Positions 50,500 to 64,000 of a stretch of DNA of 64,000 nt are shown one piece after another. Each line of letters starts with the position of its first letter. The first letter of the stretch is position 1. The notes under the pieces were generated by a model, which was given only the letters and a program-made list of their open reading frames with translations, had not been told where the DNA came from and ran no database searches. The stretch is taken from positions 1 to 64,000 of the forward strand of contig JAUCBJ010005335.1 in assembly GCA_032718475.1 (NCBI GenBank), given 5' to 3'. This stretch comes from Nemertoderma westbladi. Lineage: Eukaryota > Animalia > Xenacoelomorpha. Both the position numbers and the translations under genes were made by a program.

Positions 50500-53400
50500 T
50501 CACGTTGGGGAGTCCCTAGATGTTTGAGGAATTAGGGAGGTGGTCGTGGGAAGAGTGTCTTGCCTTCCATAGTTTCCGGAGAGTTCTCTGTCTCTTTCCA
50601 GTAAACATAAACGACCAACTGGGCGATTGAGTTGTTGCGTCTCAAAGATTATGCCTGGCTTTTTGAAGTTACGCCGCATGACGATGAGTTCTACCGAGCG
50701 TACTAAACCATCATCCGAGATGTGGGTCTCGATGATACGACCTGTCTGCCACCGTTTACGTGGGAGGTCTGGATCTACAATAAGCACCATATCTCCGGCG
50801 CTGACGTTTTCTTGCTGCGCAAACCACTTAGTTCGAAGTTGTAGCGTGGGCAGATAATGTTTCTCGAAATGGTCAGCGAAACGACGGGATAGCAACTGCA
50901 TAAGTTGCCAAGTTCGACGGCAGTATTCGTCTCCGTCGGCAATCTCCGATCGTGGGAGCATGGCTACAGGTTTCTTCAGTAGGAAATGCACGGGTGTTAG
51001 AGCTTCCAGGGAATCGGGACTCGATGAGACTGGCATAAGTGGTCTCTCGTTGAGATAGGCAGCTATTTCCTCCATTAACGTCCGCAAAAGTTCGTCGGTG
51101 AGATACGCGCGGCATGGCACTATAAAGTGAAATGCGGTCTTAACACTTCTAATTAATCTCTCCCAACTTCCTCCCCACCAAGGGGCGTCGGCGGCGTTGA
51201 AGGTCCAGCTAGACGCTGTTATCCTTAGCTGGTCGTCCACCTGTCTTTGGTTCCAGTCCTTCACGTAAGCCTGTATTTCGTTGTTGGCACCAATGAAGTT
51301 CGTTCCCTTATCCGATCTCATGGTATTACTCGTCCCGAAGCGAGCGATCTGTCGTCGTAAACTTAAGACAAAGCTGTTGGTAGATAGATCGTTCACCATA
51401 TCGAGATGGATGGCTCTACAAGTCATGCACACGAAGATGACACACCATCTCTTGACTATAGTCCTACTGAATGCTTTTCTACAGGGTATGCAGTTCCTAA
51501 GAACTTGGTTCAGAGCTCTACGGGGTTTATCAAAATAATAGCAAGTTCGAATTTCGCTAAGAACTCGTTCTCTACCAGCATGATAAAGTTTACTGTGAAC
51601 ATCTACAATCATCTTGATTTGTACTTCAAGATTTCTAATGAGTATGGGGAATTTAGTGTCAAAGGATAAGGGTGCATTGGTGAGCCTTCCTCCAACACGT
51701 ATTAACCCATCTATCATTGTGCTAGAGAATCGATCCCTTTTGCGCATCTGCGGATTTCTCAACAACAGGAAATACTTTTCGGAATCCTCATAGCATTGCA
51801 GGAGTCTCAGTATCTGCTTATTGGTTTCTTCATGCTCCTGGTGACTAATTTTCTCCTTTAGAAAACGATCAGATGTCTTATATTTGGGTACATTTTTAAT
51901 AACATGAACTTGTGCAGATGTCAATGGAGCGGTATCACTAGTGGTCTTCGTCCTGGAGTAGTGATGATGAAAACATCGTCTTAAATATGTGACGGCTTTA
52001 CAGAGCCGATTCCAGGAACTGTAGTGATGCATTGCTCTCTGCAGCATGGGTGAGATTCCTTGCGAGACGTCTGGTATTCCAGATTTCCAATTTCTATCTC
52101 TAATTTCCATAACAGACTTATTTGTGGCGAGGGATTGTGGATCCGAAGCATCGTTTCCGGAAGCATGTAATACAGATAGATCGATAGTCGGTTTGAATAA
52201 CTTCGATTTACTCGCCCGGGTTTTAGGTTTGACTGTCTCCGCTCCCTTGGCTTGTCTAATCTCCGCCGTAGTAAGGTGAGGAGGCCATTCATCCTCTTCC
52301 TTGCTCAGGAAGTCGGGTCCACCCAACCAGTCTGGAGTATCTATCAGTTCCTGTGGAGTTGCTCCCCTGGAGGCGATATCGGCTGGATTAATCGTACCAG
52401 GGCAATGTCTCCATTGATCTATCTTTGTGCGACTAAGAATAATAGCTACCCTGTTAGTAACAAAAACGCTGAACTGACAGACTTCATTGGTTAGATACTC
52501 CAACACGAGTAAAGCGTCAGTCCAATAAACCGTTTTCTCCAGTGGATAGTCGATTTGTTCCGTTACGTTCCGGCCGATGGCTGTAGCGTATAAAGCCGCC
52601 TTTAACTCCGCTCGAGGAACCTTTAACTTGTTGTTAATCAATGCCTTAGAGGTAACCAAGGCGACTTTGATTCCATCCGGGGTTTCGACTCGCAGATATG
52701 CTACTATACCTATTCCCATGTCGCTGGCGTCTCCAAACACATGGAGTTGATAGGAATACGTAGGAAGAACATGGCCAAAATATGCACGGGAAATTATAAA
52801 GTTCTCGATGGCAGGTAGAGAATCTTCCCATTTCATCCATTTCTTTAACAATTCTCCCTTAAGCGGATCGTCCCATGAGTGGTTTTCAAGCCACATTTAT
52901 TGTACTAAACTCCGAGCAATCAATATAACTGGGCTTATAAATCCCAATGGGTCGAAATAAGTGCTCAGGATACTTAAACAAATCCGTTTGGTCCGAACTG
53001 GATTATCTCGCTGTTTTAACTGAAAAAACAGGATGTCTCTTTCAGTGTCCCACTTCAACCCAAGCGTCTTGGTTTCAGGAAGATCGTCTTTTATTAAGTC
53101 TAGGTCTTTCGTTCCTCTGTCTTCTACCGGTATGGCTTCCAGAAACTCACGGGAGTTGCTAGTGAATTTCGTCAGTCGAAATCCACCTCTTTTTAAACAC
53201 TCTACCGTTCCTTTCGCGACATCTATGGCTTCTTCTACTGATGGAAGGGACCTTAAATTGTCGTCCATGTATATATTACATTTTATGTTGTCTATCACTT
53301 CTTTTGAGAAGGAGTCTCGGTTGTCATTCGCAGTGGTTCGCACCACGGAGCAGGCGTTGGAAGGGCTTGATATGATTCCAAAAGCCTGGATGGTCATCCA

Positions 53401-56400
53401 GTACTCTACCGGTTTCTGATAGAGGTCTTCTTCAGGCCACCACAGAAATCTCACGCTGTCTCTATCTCTATCCAGCGCCTTGACTTGTAAGAACATTCCT
53501 TCTATATCAGAGGCGGACGCGATGGAATATTGTCTTAATCTCAAAAGTATTCCCAACAAAGATTGGAGTAAGTTGGGTCCTGGTAACAACTCGGAATTGA
53601 GGGATTGGCCCATGTATAGGGCGGAGCCATCGAATACGACTCGTACTTCGTGGGGTTTACCGGGTTTGGGAACGTAATGATGTGTTAAGTAATACGTTCT
53701 CTCAGTCACTGGTGTTCCTTCCGGTACTCGCTCCGCGTATCCCTTTCTTATAAATTTCTTCAGCTGAGTTTGGTACATTTCTTTAGCTGAAGCATTAGCC
53801 GTAAGGCGTCGATGTAATTGAGCGATTCTTTTCTCTGCCAAGGGTCTGTTATTTATAAATCTAGGTTCTCGTTTTCGAAATGGTAGGCCGATTTCATATC
53901 TACCTTGGTCCTTTAAAAAACGTGTAGTCGTTTCCTGGATTTGCTTGGCTCTTTCTTCTTCTATCGATAGGGCCTTATCATATGAATTGGGCTCTACCAG
54001 TTCTTGAGTAAAGAATCGTGCGGCTAGTTCGTCCCGAGTTCTAGCGTTGTAGCGCTCTATCTCATCGTTTAGTTCGTCATTGTAAGCGATGGGTTCCGAT
54101 GGGCGAATCAGTTGACATAGGTTCACCTGATTTTTCCAAGTTTGGTTTTCTGTAAGTAGGTCGATTGTGTTCTCTTCATCAAAGAGTTGGTAGATGTCGT
54201 CATTATCTGAGGAGTATAGTGTTTCCTCAGTTAGTTCGTCCACCTCACTGCTCTCCGCTTCCCAATCGTTTACTTGGTATACTCGTTCTTGTGGCATTCT
54301 CTCTTCGAGAGTCCTGCGGGAAGGGCCAGTAAAGTACCAACCTACTCTAGTTCTTACCGCATAGGTTTGCAGTGGCTGCGGTTGAGCAGGCCGTTTCTCC
54401 AATGTCTCGAGCGCCTCAGGCGCGTTCTGGCCGATAAGTATTTGCACTCCAGGATAATCTGTCTGGAATCGAGGTATCTTAAGATGTTGGATGCTCTCAT
54501 CCTCATCCCAATTATAAAGGTCTGCTTGAGTAGTAGCGAAGTTCTTTATAGCCACCATTTTTACCGACCTTATACCTTGTGCTCCTAATTTATCCTGGGG
54601 GGTGGACAACACACCTACATAGTAATCTGCCGTTAGGGTAGATTTCCAAACCTGCATAATTCCTGACATATTCAATTTAGTCCGGAATTTGGGTTGTCCA
54701 GCAAAGATATCTTCGGCTAGTTCTTGATCGATGAATGTTCCTGTGCTGCCAGAGTCAAGGAGGGCATTCACTATGTAACTGTTGTTAGGACCGTGAACTC
54801 TTACCTGCACTACAGGAAATTCTCTGATTCCTACATTGGAAGTTGGAGCTTTCCAAGATGGTTGTCTGTCAAAGGTAGTTGGGGGGAACTCATTTTCGGT
54901 GTCCTTTTCATAAGTAAGTGCTCGATACACCACGGTATTGATTAGGTAACAGGATTCGTTGGCGTTGGAGAATTCGTCAGTATAGAATCCTTCCATCTCA
55001 GATTCTTGATCAGTGTCGTTTACATCACTGAATTGGACATGTAGTTCGGGCTCACTTACCTGACTCGGGTTGTCTCTGTCGAACTCACTGTGTAACAAGA
55101 TGTGATGTTTCGCGCTACACTTTGCACACTTTATGTCGGAGTAACAGGTTCGCCGTTGGTGTCCTGGTCTGAGGCAATTATAGCATAGCCGCTTATCCCA
55201 CACGACTGCACGTCTGTCTACAAGGGATTTCTTTAGAAATTCAGCACACACACTCAAACGGTGGGTCCCGTCGCACAGCGCACAGTTAGGTTTTATGTTA
55301 CTCACTTTACCTTGGGTAACTTGATGCACTCTCGTTCTTTCTTCGGGTTTTCTTCGGTGCATTCTGTTAGGGGACTGAGGAGGGGTCTTGGCAACCTGTT
55401 CTCTCCTATCGTTGGTTCGAGACTTGTATTTACTTACGTCCTTTAGGGTTTTGCTAACGTAGTAAGATCGGTCAGTGTCTTTCCCACTGTCTTCTTCTTG
55501 AGAAGCTTGGCTTTCGCCGTCGTCAGTGTAACACACCGGTGTTACTCTTCTCCTAGAAGCGGGTTTCTCACTTACCTTATTTTCCGATGTTTTCTCTCTG
55601 GACTGCTTGATGAGTTGTAGTTTTACCTCACCATCTAAGAAGGACATGAGATCAGCCATGGTAGGGCTTCGTCGTTGTTGTTCATTCATATACAACACTT
55701 TCTTGTCCCAACGCGTACATACTCCACCCTTTGGTAAAGTAGAGACTACTGCTCCAATAACCATGGAACTCTGATATTCATGAGACTTACCTAACCAGTC
55801 CAATTGTCTACAGATCTCCTGAATCTCATCGGAAAACTCTATAATCCCGCTACTAAGGAAGTGTCGGGGGGCTACTAATTTTGCATACAAATACTTAGCT
55901 ATGTTATCCTTGTTACCATACCTGATGTTTAATGAATCCCATACTTGTCTTAATCCTTCTGGATGTCCAATGAACTTTAACGCCATTAACTTGGGAGGTC
56001 CTTCCAAGCACTTGATGAGGAACCTAAGTTTCTCTCCGTTAGATAGTACAGAGTTCTGTATGCTATCTTTGTAATATTCATTGAAAGGTAACCATTTCAT
56101 CTCATCTCCATTGAATTTAACGATCTCTCCCACTTTGACCGCTTGGCGGGCTTCTGTTCTAGCCATCTGACGCGTAAAGCTTTCTTGGGCCATCGTGTTA
56201 TTTAATATCGAATTATCGGTATATAAATTTCTCGGATCATTATCAGGTCTATAGGGAATATCATTAACAACAGGTTTATAATCACCCTTAATAGGGTTTG
56301 CTATAGGAGTTTCTACTTCACTAGCAGTATAGATGCGTGTAGGCTCCACACCTTGCGCATGTAATACTTCAGACCTAACAGGTTGACACAATGTTACAGG

Positions 56401-58554
56401 GGGTATTGGTATACCATTTTGTATATTGACTAATTTGTCGCGTTCTAGCGCGATACTTTGCTGCACTTCTTGCAATTCTGCCCTACCTACCCTTACTGTT
56501 TCCTTAAGTTGGTGGACAGTCTCCTGCATCTGTCCGAGCAGGAGATTCATCCCCCGCCGTCCCTCCTCTACCCACTCGACCGCCGAAGCGGGAGTCGCCA
56601 ACATTGTAGCGGGCTGACGCGGGACGACGGGAGACAAATCTTTGATTTCTCTCTCAGCTTCCAGGACAGGGATATTTTCATGGACTGTTCTACCGGGTAC
56701 ATGCAGTGTAGTACTGTGTAAATGGAATTTAGAGTTTGTTTCAGGGAGTACAGGTGTCTCTAGCACCAAAGGGGTGGCTTCGAGAAAAGGCCTAATTATT
56801 TCAGGCTCATCTGTTATAGTAGGGAGTCTGTTGACGGTAATAATTCGGTCTGTGGGTTCTGTACTACCTACTGTTGTGCTAGCTAATTGTCTTCTAACGG
56901 CTGGGGGCAAATCAGGCAATTTATGACGGTGAGATGTTCTTCTACGTCTACTGAGACGAGATTGATTTCCTCCACCTTCAGGATCGGTGGTATCCCCTTC
57001 CTCCGATGATGTATAGCCTTGGCGTTTGGAAGTAGATCGACTCATCATCTGCATTCGACTGTCTGTTAACTGCCTACCGATGCTGTCTTGCGTCTCCTGC
57101 AGATCTTCTAACTCCAGCTGGGCGGTCTCCTCAGACGCTCTCCGTTCTGCTTCTGCCACTGCCTCCGCCGCCTTTCTTTCCGCCTTTCTGTCTGCTTCTG
57201 CTTTTGCCTCCGCCGCCTTTATTTCCGCTTCGGCCGCTGCTTCTGCCGCCTTTCTGTCTGCTTCTGCTTTTGCCTCTGCCGCTTTTATTTCCGCTTCGGC
57301 CGCTGCTTCTGCCGCCTTTCTTTCCACCTTTCTGTCTGCTTCTGCTGTTGCCATTGCCGCTGCTATTGCTGCTGTCTTTTTGTCTTCAATCCGCCTTTTC
57401 TTTACTTGTTCTTCTTGAGCTCTAGCTATGCGGAGACATTCATCAAATTTAGCTTGGTCCGCAGCTATCATCTCAGTATCGATTGCGTCCAACACAAGTT
57501 GGGTTCCTTCACTATTAGGGGAAAGTCCAGACAGCCGTCTCCTCAACTCTTCGTCTCCTAGGAATCGCTGATAGTCGGACAGATAAATGTCGATAGCGTC
57601 TCTAGTTCGCGGTCTCTCTGCTGTCACTTCGCTTTCCGCTTGAGAAAGGGTGGCATCGGTTGGTTCTTCATAGGTTGGTCTCTCAGCCAGCTGGGATTTC
57701 CACTGGGCAGTTTCTTGTACTTTGAGACTTACCCGCTGGAACCAAGTCTTGACAGCAACCTGCAGCGACGTGTCCTGTCTTCTTTTGGAAGTTTCCTCAA
57801 AGGCTGACAAGATTAGTCTAATGCGTAGGGTTCTTTCGCGTACTTGATATAGCAGCTCTTCCTGCTCTTGAGGTCCTTGGGGTTGTCGAAACAGTTGTTC
57901 TTCTAATCGCTCTAAGGAGCCGAAGAATCCCTGCACATATCCTGCTGCCGACCTCTTCCAAACAGCTGGATCCATTGTATCTTTAGTCACTCCCATCCTG
58001 TGTATGTCTTCCCAAGTAGTTTCGGACAAATCTAACGGGAGTCCGGGTCCGGGAAAGTTCCATTGTGACTCGACAATAGACATCAATTCTTCCCTGGCGT
58101 ATCCCGCATAACTATCTTGGGTCGCTCGCTTACTTCTCGCCCAATCTGCTTGATGTTCCTCCACCGCAATCAATATAGTAGTTAGCACTGCGGCAGGAAG
58201 GGTGAGAAGGGGATCCGAGTAGGCTGTAGCCGTCATCTGCACTCCGCGTTCGGGGGTCAGCTCTACAGCATCCGAACTACTGGAGCTATCGGATCGCTGG
58301 GAACAAGTTTCTTGACTAGGATGTTGCTGCTGTTGGACAGCTGCTTCCTGGTTCCGTTTGACTTGGGCCCGAGTGCCGATGATAGACCTACGGTGTTGGA
58401 TTAGCTTAGGGTCTGATACTACTACTGGAGGGATGACCTTTCTTTCAGTAGGAGGTGAGCTGAACTCCTTTCTTAATCGCTCCACACTCCTATCTGTGTC
58501 ACAGATGGTTGTATCGATTAGACTGTCTGACAGGTTTTGCTGGGTGTCAGACAT
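50500..58554 (-). pseudogene. pol: BEL/Pao gag-pol of E2 (single frame, one stop, integrase deletion)
   Basis: 1885-aa and 798-aa ORFs in one frame split by TAA at 52897-52899 (CAA in E1); the DLFGP integrase segment is absent. Confidence 0.93.
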
Positions 58555-60780
58555 ATTTAGCTATACAGTTGAATGCTTACTGCTATAGTTACAGTTAAAG
58601 CAAGTCTGGTAGTTCAGTATGACCGTTGGCCTAGTACTGGTAATTTATTACAGTATATTAGAATACCGGTATACACTTATAGTATATATAAGTATCGTAA
58701 ACTAGGTTTGTCACAGAGTACCGGTATATAATTTTAGCACAAATATATATAAATATATAATAGGCCTATCGTGAATACCGGTATACAGCTTACACTTATA
58801 GTATATATAAGTATAATTATGAACTAGAATTAATCACAGAATACCGGTATGAGTTCAGCACAAATTTATAGAAATAAATATAATAAGCCTATGGTAAATA
58901 CCGGTATGTCAATTATTTTTAGAATAATTGAATTTCTGAATATTTTAGGGTTACTTGGTTACTTTAACTTACTTTGTTACCGTTATTTAAGCAGTAGTCC
59001 AACTGATATTGAGACCTAGTTGTTGTATGGCAGGCCTACTATTTATAAATCATTTGAGTTGATTTATAATAGATATATACCCGTTTAAAATGGGTTTTGT
59101 CAATATTTGAAATAAATGTTATTATTTCTGGGGGAAGTCACTACACAGAAGCTGTGCGCTCTCAGTGAAGTGCTACCTATGGGACACTAAAACAGATAAT
59201 TCTAATTTACCTAAGTTACTTAATACTACAAATTACTTACGATACGGGTGAGATTAAATCTCTAATTAAACACAACAAAAATATTACGTACGAAATTTTA
59301 GGGTAATTTTACAGGAAGTCTACAAACCAGCCTAACAAAGGGTTAGAATTCCGGTTATTACAACGGACAGGGTACTACGGTATTTGAAAATAATAAGTAG
59401 TAGTAAATACACTGCGTTGTCCAGATAGGAAGATACCACCGCCTGACGACCTATAACCGTATCGCTATAGGTACTACGTTATGTATCACGGAGTGTTCCT
59501 ACCTAGAAGTTAATTACCGTGGACTACCAGATCCAGCGTGCCTATTAACCACTTTACAACACAAATATACTGCCTACACACTAATTACCTCGGAAAGCAC
59601 TATACACTAAACCCTAAATTAGGTACAAGTACTGGTACAACAAATAATCAGTAGTTAAATATACTTGAACAGTTAAAAGAACCACGGCACCTGCTGGAGT
59701 GACCGAAGCACAAAGTCACCAGTCTTTTCCTACGCCAAGCAGCCCGTGTAGTACCGGGGTTAATTTAACTATAACGGTATGTGTAACAAACACAATTACT
59801 GTAGGAATAAACTTGGGGACATGAATGTTGCGAATAATCGCATAAACTCTGAATAATAAATATTACGCTACCCGTACAGAATACTCAAACAAAATACAAA
59901 CCAAATGCTGGCAGACTACCACCAAGCCTAAATAAACTACAGTATGTGTAGATTCCAAAATGGTTAGTTAGTATGCGTTCTAACACGGTAGTACGACTTA
60001 TTCTTTAAGAGGGGATTGACCTTACAGCTATGGCTGCCCCAACTTACTAACTGGCACTCTATCGGACAAACTCTACACACGCAGCAATCTCTTCAGACCT
60101 AATAATAGCTAGACAACAATCCAGCCTACAAAATATCTGAGTAATAACTATTACGGTACCTGAACAGACCACACAAACAAACACAGGCCAAAACGTTGGC
60201 AGAATACTGTCAAGCCTAAATAAACTACAGTATGTGCAGATTCCAAAATGGTTAGTTAGTATGCGTTCTAACACGGTAGTACGACTTATTCTTTAAGAGG
60301 GGATTGACCTTACAGCTATGGCTGCCCCAACTTACTAACTGGCACTCTATCGGACAAACTCTACACACGCAGTAATCTCTCCAAACCCAACAACAATCCG
60401 ACAACAGTCCGGCCTACAATTATCTGAACAATCTGAGCAGACTTACACGTCTTCAGCTCAATATTAACTTACATGTAAATAAAACTGACAGAAATAAGTA
60501 AGCTCCAAAAGAAACAAGGGGTGTACAGTCCCTAATCTCTGAAACAGCCTACCGGTATGCAATAATCAAAATCGAATAATACTAATGTACTTATACTGGA
60601 AGTACCGGTTAGGACAGTTGGGCCTACGGACTTACAGAAGTACCGGTTCTGGCAGTTGGACCTACGGACCTACAGCAGTACCGGTTCTGGCAGTTGGGCC
60701 TACTGACCTACAGAAGTACCGGTTCAGGTTTTACCGGTCGCCCGGTACTTTCAACTTTATTGCTTACTGCAATAAAGACA

Positions 60781-60791
60781 ATAACTGTTAT
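60781..60791 (-). promoter_or_regulatory. Non-tRNA primer-binding site candidate of E2 (ATAACAGTTAT)
   Basis: Abuts the 5' LTR end; complementary to the LTR motif at 61516-61526. Confidence 0.7.
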
Positions 60792-62024
60792 TGTACGCGC
60801 TTTTGAAGACCTTTAGCAGTTTAACCTGCCAAAATTTATATGTCTTTTGGTTTATAAATAGACTTTAGAAGTTGACAAATATTTAATACCAATAAACACA
60901 ACATTAGCAGAAGCCAGCCTAGTGCGCGTCCATTCACCCGCTGGATACCCCCGGGAGACTGGATTCTGAGGGCTTAGATTATTATTGCAGTGTAAGCTTA
61001 CTGTATTATTCGATTGATCGTTAATAAATAATTTCTGACTAATATTATTCACTTTCGGGAAATATTAACAGTTCCTTTAGGACGTGGCGCTCTATCTAGG
61101 TAAACAGAGATATGACTTATACTAATCACAACGGCAAGTCGGTAAGGCTTATGATTCACGTATGAGGCGCATTCTTTAGGAAATGCTTAGTTATCAATCA
61201 CAATCAGGCACACTACCGGTAACACACAATACTGCTCACTAATTTGCCGACCGTCAATGAATTTTGTTATATATAAAGAGAACAGCAACGGACTCATGTA
61301 GTGCTTATCAAATAGCATTAAATTCACTACAAACCACAACAATATAAGTCGCAATCGCTATATATAACCCGTCTCTCTAACCTGTAGTGTATCAAGAAAA
61401 TTGGAAAATTTGGGTTCTTTATAAATGTTCTCCAAATAATAATATTCAACCAAAACACAACAGTAAATAGCATTAAGACGGTAGGTTAAGATGGTAACAC
61501 TGTTTGACTGGACCGATAACAGTTATACGCTCTATAATCTTAAGCCTACTAATGTTTCTTCTAAAGTCTGAAACGAATTGACTCTAGAGCCGGTGTTCCT
61601 GGCCTAGATAGAAGGAACACAACAGTATCACCAAAACAGTAAGACTGAACACTCCTAGTATGATCGGCCGAATATCTCCACATCGACAGAAAAAATCGCT
61701 CTGATTGGCTTAAGCTAAACAAAGAACCATGCGTCCAATGGCTGTTTCCATGCCAGCAACCAGCTGCTAGATGTCGTAATCTGAATCATCAAGGCCAAGC
61801 CGTGTAAAGGTATTTGGTGCATTGCGGGTTTTTTGCCTTACCATGTCCGCCAAAACACGTATATAGAAGAATGACTTTTATGTCCGTTAAAACACCTACA
61901 ACGGTACCTTGCGGGCGAGGAGAATATATATACAGTTAGAGAGCCTTTTAGAGTATTCCAGCGCCTGGGGGGAAACCGGATTGCGAGGCAAAAGGGCCAG
62001 TTATATCCCACAGAAGCTTTTACA
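60792..62024 (-). repeat. 5' LTR of E2 (1233 bp)
   Basis: TGTAAAAGC...GCGTACA on the minus strand. Confidence 0.93.
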
Positions 62025-62542
62025 GCTTTTATATTAGAAACACTGTAATATAACAATTATTTTTATAATTACTACTTCTACTATCAGCATGCTGCATTGC
62101 AACTGCATTATCATGTACTACATATATATTAATAATGCTGTGCCGGCTTGTAAACAAAATTGCGCTGTCACATCTCCCTACCACCCATGACATTTGCTAG
62201 ATCATCCGCATCTTCAAGGCCAGTGTTTAGATACGCCTCTAAGAGGCGTCCCAAGAAAGGCATGAGTTGTCCACCATGTTTATTTATTCGCCAAAGCACA
62301 ATATTATGCACTGGCTGGTACTCACGGCGATACCATCGTCCTGCAAAGCGGAGGCGGTTCAGGTCAAGTGTCAAGCTAAGGAAGACTAATGGATGTTTCC
62401 TCCAATGTTGTATAGAGTCTGATTGGAGATGTGTTCATTATACTTGACACAATGAACGCGGCACATTATTCTTTTGAAAGTGCCATCAAGAGATTTGGAA
62501 TCCTCTGCAGTTAGAAGCCAGCACAGACTCCCATATACGAGT
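62025..62542 (+). repeat. 518-bp direct duplication flanking E2, right copy
   Basis: Matches 45614-46131 and continues uninterrupted into the RTE fragment. Confidence 0.92.
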
Positions 62543-62700
62543 ACTGTTTCTACTGCTGCTCTAAAGAGATTCGAACCTTTAGATTCCGTTTTATTCCACG
62601 GAACAGCCCAGACTCCATATTTTTATAACTGTTTGCGCTGTCTGGATTGTGTTCATCTTGCCACACCTGCTGTTGGAATCTAATTCATGTTCACCGTCTT
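62168..62700 (-). mobile_element. RTE-like LINE ORF 3' fragment
   Basis: LFRAAVETVLVYGS.CW.LT..SLDG.F..EHISNQTLY..RLRFAG. Confidence 0.7.
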
Positions 62701-63169
62701 CCGTTAGCATTGATTGCTCGTCATTTACCCCGCTATTGATTGCCATAGAATCCGGTAGAGTGTCATACTCAAGATTGATGCTATGAGAATCCGTAGGCCT
62801 AAGAGATAAAACAATCCCTTATTCTCAATTATTATTGTCTCAACACTTTCTACAATTAGCGGCTGAAGTCCTGTGCCATCATCATCTCTGATATTGTTGT
62901 TGTATGCTTCTAAAACAGATAAATCTCGAAAAAAATCTCGAAAATTGCTTCACCGTGAACATCTTCAGCTACGCTCACTAACTGATTGAACATCTCCAGC
63001 TAAACTCCATAATCGGCCTGCTGCATTGAAACTGGTCATTGAGATGCTGGCCTAAGAAAAATATTTTGCTACCACCATGCAATCCACAATTGACAAGCCC
63101 AATGCAGGGGATTAAGCATTAGCATAATTAATTTGAGAATTAAGAATGCTATGCCGGCTTATCTACGAA

Positions 63170-64000
63170 GATTCACCGCCACAACTCCCTATCCCCCATG
63201 ACTTTCGCGAGACTATTCGCATCTACCAAACCAGAGTCCTTTAAGAGGCGTCTCACAAAAGTCATGTGCTGTCCACCATGCTTATTTTCTCCATGGGGCT
63301 TCCAAAGTACAAGATTATGCACAGGCTGGTCCTCACTGCGAAAACAATCTCCTGCAAACCGGAGTGTTCAAGTGTCAAGCTTGGGGGAACCAATGAGACA
63401 CCTCCAATGTTATATAGTGTCTGGTTAAAGATGTGTGCATTGTACTTGACACAATGAACCCGGCGTAGCATTCTTGTGAATGTGCCATCCAGAGATTTGG
63501 TGTCCTCAGCAGTTAGAGCCCAGCATGGACTCCCATAGAGGGGTACTGGAACTACTGCTGCTCTAAATAATCGGACCTTAAGTTTCCGATTAATTCTTGG
63601 TGACTTTCAAATCCTGGAAAGCCTATTCAAGGCTGCCCATGTCTTTCCCTTACGTATTCGAAGGTCCTCACCTGACTTCCGGATCCATGATCCCAGGTAA
63701 CAGAAGTCTTCCACTTGCTCAAACATACCATCCTTTGAGCTTATGCTCATCCGGTCAGAGACTTGCTGAGGCTTTCAAAGTTAACTGTCAAAATTTTCTA
63801 ATGAGCTGAGGAGCCGTTGGGTTCCCTCTAGTGATTCTGAGAGTACTCCTAAGTCATAAGCAAAGTCTAGATCAGTTAGGTACTTGGCAGGATTTCCTCG
63901 ACTTCTGGAGCCAGTAGGTGGAGTTACCATCATCCCCATGACCATTATGATGATCTAAGGACATTAGTAGAACATAGTCAACCACAATTATGAACAAGAA
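63170..64000 (-). mobile_element. Second RTE-like LINE fragment, including degenerate RT motif
   Basis: Diverged paralog of 62168-62700, plus YLTDLDFAYDLGVLS (FADD-like) near 63850-63885. Confidence 0.7.

Larger units (their letters stand above)
46132..62024 (-). mobile_element. BEL/Pao LTR retrotransposon E2 (15,893 bp), diverged relative of E1
   Basis: LTRs 46132-47351 and 60792-62024; gag-pol and accessory ORF homologous to E1. Confidence 0.95.

Overview
AT-rich animal (probably invertebrate) genomic DNA consisting almost entirely of nested retroelements, with one host exon (fibrinogen-related domain) at the left end. Main components: (1) a 3'-truncated Mag-type Ty3/gypsy element whose gag is split by (2) an 18.6-kb BEL/Pao element (E1, 3213-21782; 1156-bp LTRs; GGTCC TSD); (3) a CRE-type (RT+RLE) non-LTR element with a 15-bp TSD and a 63-bp minisatellite in-frame inside its RT; (4) a compound tandem array (147-bp units, then a 22/30-bp palindromic satellite) interrupted by a 4.7-kb gypsy element with 129-bp LTRs; (5) a diverged second copy of the BEL/Pao family on the minus strand (E2, 46132-62024) flanked by a 518-bp direct duplication instead of a 5-bp TSD; plus LINE/RTE/BEL relics. 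The most notable system is the BEL/Pao family. It has no tRNA primer-binding site. Instead, the 11 nt after the 5' LTR are exactly complementary to an 11-nt motif inside the LTR, with a compensatory base-pair change between E1 and E2, suggesting Tf1-like self-priming. In place of env it carries a ~1417-codon accessory ORF with a WRN/EXD-like DEDDy exonuclease fold, CCHC zinc knuckles and a basic tail. All domain calls were made by eye from motifs; no database searches were run.
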